The notes under the pieces were generated by a model that worked only from the letters and a program-made list of their open reading frames with translations, ran no database searches and was not told the origin of the DNA. This document shows, piece by piece, positions 58,691 through 64,000 of a stretch of 64,000 nt of DNA (position 1 is its first letter; each line of letters begins with the position of its first letter). This stretch comes from the human T2T-CHM13v2.0 reference genome, Homo sapiens, in NCBI RefSeq assembly GCF_009914755.1, contig NC_060928.1; one strand, written 5' to 3'. A program made the position numbers and the translations under genes.

Positions 58691-59734
58691 CTGCAAAACA
58701 TGCTTACCAAATTATTGGTCAAGCATTATTGAGCATGATTCAGAGGCTCTGAGAGCTTAGGTCAACACAAAGATATCTGACTCCAACTAAACCAAGCCAG
58801 CTATTTATGTCTTTGAAGAAAATCAGACACCAAGAAGGGAAATTAACCTTTCCCTCACAGAAGCCATAAACAGCATCCAAATGTGGAAGAGAATGAAAAC
58901 ACCGGCCATGTGTTTAAAAGAAACATGATATCATTGGCTAGCTGAGACAAGACCCAACCGGGAAACAGGCTCCAGTATTAAAATTCTAGCACATACAGCT
59001 TTTGGAAAATAAAAAATAGACACAGTGGGATAGAAAGACTCTATCTCAATGGATAAGGCTGGGAGAGAAATGATCTATTGAGCCACAGCCGAGAAGGCAG
59101 CTGGAATAGAGGAGATCAAAACGGAAACAGTCACCAGAAAAAAGGGTTATTGGCCACCAAAGAGAGATGACTCTAAAGAGATTCAGAATTGCTCCTGAGG
59201 ATAGAAGTGGGAAAACAAGAATACGATCAGTCAGGGAGTATCATTTTCTCTAAGTGAGGCTGTAAGAGGCCAGGCTCCTCCTGGAAGCCCCTGAATTGCT
59301 GCTGCCAGTGCCCCCGCCTCGATCCTCAGCTCTGCCAAGAAAGCTCAGTGCTACTTGGGGCAAGTGACATAAAATCCCTGTGAGCTTCAGGTTCTTCATC
59401 GATGTAATTGAGGACAGTCTTCTCCATTTTATGGAACTGGAAATGAAGTCAGATAAGAAACATGGGTGACTAGTGGGCCTGCTGAATTTGGCTTTGTTTA
59501 ATGTATTTAAAACAAAATTTGAATGAGAGTTAGTCTCATTTGAAATTTACTAGTCTTTTGTATTTCTGATATTACAGCTGTCAAGTCAGCCTTGGAAACA
59601 GCCTTTTTATGCAGAAGGACCACTTGTGAGGACCAAATGGGTCATACAAGCATAAAGCCTGAATCAGGAGAGCTCTCCATGAGCTGCTAGTAGTGCTGTA
59701 ACTATTGCTGCTGCAAATTACTCCTTCTCTTAGC

Positions 59735-59850
59735 AGGATATAAGTTTCTTGAGAGCAAAGACCCAATCTTTTTTTTCTTTCAATCTCTAGCAACATCTAG
59801 AACAATCCCAGACGTAAAATAGACATTGAATAAGTGTTTGTTGGATGAAG
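59735..59850 (+). mobile_element. L2 3' end
   Basis: tataagtttcttgagagcaaagac...tagcaacatctagaacaat...aataagtgtttgttggatgaa. Confidence 0.7.
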
Positions 59851-61302
59851 GGGCGGATAAGCATTCATCCAGTTGTTCCAGTCATCTCCACTAAGTTATG
59901 AATCTTGTGTGCATCCTCAGCAGTTGGCATGATGGCTGACATGGAGAAGACATGCAAGGATTCCTTAAATAAATAAATGAGCAGAGCTTGGCATGTCCTG
60001 ACTGCAAGGATTTTCTTATCTCTTTGTCACAGTTGGAAAAGACACAACACTATACAGCCTAAATTCAAACATATCTATTTCTATGATTCCTATGTAATAT
60101 CTGAGCACATAGGACATACACCAGCATGCACACACACTTCACATATAGCCACTGTCCTCAAGCACAAAAGCCAGTGACACCTTCACTTATTGTCTTTATC
60201 ACCATTTTAATTGAATAAAGAGTGAAGTCCCAGAGAACCAAATAATGGAGGAAAAGAAAAACTGCTTTTCTTTATAGCAGGCTCTACGCTAAGTGCCACG
60301 TCAGTTTTCTATCATGTAAAATTTGAAACCGTCTTGTGAAGTGCATACAATTGTTCTTGTTTTATAATGAAGAATTGGAAACTCAGAAGAGTTTAGTAGT
60401 TTGTCTAGAGTCACACAGCCCAGTCACTGAGCTATATTCAGTGATACTGCTTTACATGGAGTTTAGCATAGCATTTTCCAGACTTCCATCTGTCAGAGAG
60501 AAAAACCACAAAGGACATCTTTCTTTGGGTCTATCCTTTCTTCTTTGATGCCCTCAGACTCTGGCCCACCCAATGTGTAGTTGTCCCAGCAATCTGGGAT
60601 GCATGGAGACCTTGAAGCTTTTGAGTCACAACAGACTGCGGAGGGGCTGGCTTGGAGCCATCGGAGGAGAAGCTACAGGTAGGATCCTATTTCAACCATC
60701 CGTCATGCAAATAAGCCAATGCTGGCCACAGATCACGAACTGCTCACCAGTCGTTTCCTTAATGACTTGCTAAATTTCCTCCACATCTTTCCAGAAAGTC
60801 ACTCTCTGGAAGGCCCTGTGGCTCCAACCCCAGCCCACACTGATAGCACCAGGATTCCTGATCCAAAGCCAAATCCCAGTTCTCAGCACTTTGTGAGCAG
60901 GCCTGCACATCTCTAAAATAACTGAAGTGACTCTAAAGTAAAGGGTAGTGCAAAGGCCTTAGCCAAACACAGAGTTAGTGGAAGAAACCTTGGAGGTACC
61001 ATAGTGCCTGGAGCCCAGTGCATCCCTTTTAAAGAACTGGAACCTTTGTTCAAATGAAATTTTAAGCAGGATGCCAATGGAGAAGGCACCTAAGAGCAGA
61101 ACTGTTTGGATTAAAGCAGGCATTGGGGAAACAGATCTTCTCCACCTCAGCATCCCCCTCAGACTTCACATTGCTCCACAAGGCATTTTCCCAGAATCAC
61201 TGTAGCTTCTCGTAGCATAGTCGAAATCCTCTGATTTGGTCTACCCCATTTACTTTGGGGATAAGGAGCAAAGACACAGAAAAATTATTGAACATGAAAA
61301 AG

Positions 61303-61660
61303 TGCTATGGACTGAACGTTTGTATTCCCCAAAAATTGATATGGTCAAAACCTGCCCCCCAAGGTGATGGTATTAGGAGGTGGGATCTTCAGGAAATGAT
61401 TAGGTCATGAGGGCTCAGCCTTCATGAATGGGATTAATGTCCTTACAAATGAGGTCCCAGAGCACTGCCTTCTCCCTTCTGCCACTACAGTGACAAGGTG
61501 CTATCTATAAACCAAGAAGCTGGCCCTCACCAGACACGGAGCCTCCTCGCATCTTAATCTTGGACTTTCCAGCATCCAGACACCAAGAAATAAATGTCTG
61601 ATGTTTATAAGCCACTCCATTCATGGTATTTTGTTATAGCAGCTTAAACAAACTAAGACA
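61303..61660 (+). mobile_element. MLT1A0-like solo LTR
   Basis: tgctatggactgaacgtttgtattcccc...ttgttatagcagcttaaacaaactaagaca. Confidence 0.9.
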
Positions 61661-62324
61661 CACAGATCCGGCAGCTAGGACACATTGGTGCCAGAACCCA
61701 GAGCTCCTCACACTCAACCCATGCTTAGGCTGCCACACAACCCCATTTGGGCTTCAATGGTGAAAAAATTATCTAATTGTTGGCTAGTTTTTTTGTCCGG
61801 TTTTCAATCATGATAGGTAACAGTTGTCTAAATGCACTTTACCCTCTTCTAAAATGTTCTTCATGTGCAGCCAGAGGGAATATTATCATTCAGTATTGTC
61901 ACCAAAGTGGGGATGAGGAAAGATATGGTGAATGTTCAGTATAGCATCAAAAAGCAACACAGAACCCTTTCTTCTTCAAAATAAAAGGTTTATATGTTTA
62001 TTTTTCTTTGCCTGGAAAGCTCTCTCTCCTTAGTCCCCACCCATCTGTGGGTCTTCTGTTTCCTATCAGGGTATGTCCATGTGACCCCTACATGAAGCCA
62101 TCTGAGGGACGCATCCCAGCTATAGCATGCCTGCATTTCTTCCCATCTACAGAGATACCTCCTTAAATGTAGAAGTTGGGTTCTGTGCATCAATGCAGCA
62201 CCTTAAAAGGCAAATTTTGCACAAATACCTGAACAGGTTTCTTTATTAACTCTCAAAGTTACAGAAACATGCTACCCACTCTGAAGTTGCACTTTGTTTT
62301 ATTTTCGTGGAATTCTAAAATCAC

Positions 62325-62515
62325 TATTAGTCAAGGCCTAGCTCTGCTACCTTCTAGCTGCCTGATCTTATCCAGGTCACTTAACCTCCCTGAGTCTGTT
62401 TTCTCACTCACAGCAACATTATAAAAACCTACAGGATCATTGTGAAGACCATCGATAATGCATCAACACTGTCTGACTCACGAAAGGTACTTGGTACATG
62501 GCAGTTAGTATTTTT
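62325..62515 (+). mobile_element. MIR
   Basis: cctagctctgctaccttctagctg...ggtcacttaacctccctgagtctgttttctc. Confidence 0.8.
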
Positions 62516-63359
62516 TTCTACTAGATGATCAGCTCTTATTCACAATTATGCCACCAGCAACTAGGACAGTGTTCAGTAAATGCTTGTGGCAGTAATGATT
62601 GCCTAACAGAGTGACTGAACGAATAAACAAATAAACTGATGAACAAATGTTCACATTGTAAGGGACCTTAACATTCATCAAACATGACCTCCCGTCCAAT
62701 TCAGAGTGTGTCTTTTAGAAGACTCCTGCAGAACAGTCTTTGGCGTTCAATGAAGCATGCTTACTGTCTCACTACCACCCACTGCAGGGAAAGTATATAA
62801 TTAGAAAGCTCTGGTGTTGCGTGGAAATGTTACTATCTTTCATCATCTACTCATCTTCCCTTATTCTGACCTCCCCCACTGTGGGACACAAAGTAGGTGC
62901 TCATTCTTTCATTCTTTTAACAAACACTTTTTGTGGGGCTAGTTTACTGGACTAGGAGAACTCTATTCAGGCTGAATATACAGAGATATCCCTGTGATTG
63001 CAGGGCTTACATTTTAGCCAGGGGCAGACATTAAACAACTAGGTGAATAATTAATTATTGAAGTACAATTATAACAAGTACATCGAAGGAGAAGTATAAG
63101 GTACCATAGTCGGAAAGTAAGCTGAGAACCTTGCCACTCAGTAAAGTAGAGAAGCCAGACAGGATTTGAAGGAGTTCTAGGGGAAAAAGAAAGGAGAGGA
63201 GGAAAGGAGGAAGGGCGGGAAGAAGTGAAGGAGGGAGGGGAGGAGGTACTTTTTTAATATATTAGGAAAGTCACCTCTTAATCCTTCCTGAAAAACCCCA
63301 TTCATGTTAAGGCTCTTTGTCACCAATCAATGATTATTCATAGGTTCATGAAATATAAA

Positions 63360-63580
63360 CAAGCCTGGGCTCCAATCCTGAGCCTGTTATTTACACCTTT
63401 GGCAAATGTCTGCACTCCTGTAGACTCATATTCCCCACTTGTAACACAAGGAGGGTAAACGAAGCTACTGTTGGGGACTGTTACGGCAAGTAAATGCAAG
63501 AGTGCTGCTAATGCAAGGGTGCTTCTGACTTAGCACAGTGCCATCACATGGCGAGCGTTCAAAACAGTGCCCATTATCAC
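63360..63580 (+). mobile_element. MIR, CpG-enriched
   Basis: cctgggctccaatcctgagcctg...ctttggcaaat...cttagcacagtgcc. Confidence 0.65.
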
Positions 63581-64000
63581 GATGAATCGCTAACTGCTTC
63601 ACGTTCAGCCGACGAAGTGGAAGTTCAGAGCAATCAAGGGCGTGACTGGGGTCACTCAACTCATTGAAGGCAGAGATGGTATCCAGTCACAGGTCTCCCT
63701 AAGCAATTCTCTTAAAAAAAAAAAAAAGTTGTTTCATTTTTTTTAAATCTCATAATCAAAAATAAAAAGTATAAATAAATGATTGATAATGCTTTCCTTA
63801 GGGTCCAGAGATGATCACATGAAAATTTCAGAGGGTGAGTTTTAGGCTAGGAAGATGAAAACACTTCACTTTTTTAAACGATTAATGTACAGGTCTTTAT
63901 TGGTCAAGGCAATAGGCCCAGAATTGTTCGGGAAGTTAAACGGGATACAAGAAAATAAGACAGGCCTCTTTCTCAGAGGTTTAACCATAGAGTTGAATTT

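Overview
This is AT-rich primate (human-like) genomic DNA, non-coding and either intergenic or deep intronic. I find no host protein-coding gene, RNA gene or prokaryotic feature. Most of the window is transposable-element sequence: eight Alus, L1s of several ages, HAL1, many L2 and MIR relics, MaLR/ERVL LTR elements (two LTR-internal-LTR proviruses), and Tigger, MADE1 and hAT DNA transposons. The only long ORF (604 aa, 29087-30901, minus) is the C-terminal part of L1 ORF2p, with its RT FADD motif changed to FAED. The most unusual structures are: (1) a MADE1 MITE whose centre carries a ~190-bp copy of L1 sequence from 1.7 kb upstream, with microhomology-stuttered junctions; (2) an apparent L1 3'-transduction of unique DNA inside a Tigger3 element; (3) a fold-back inversion in an L1 microsatellite; (4) repeat-free, homeodomain/TCF-motif-rich blocks at about 40.5-42.3 kb that look like conserved enhancers. 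I cannot support a new gene system here. Subfamily names come from remembered consensus sequences and were not checked against a database; coordinates of old elements are approximate.
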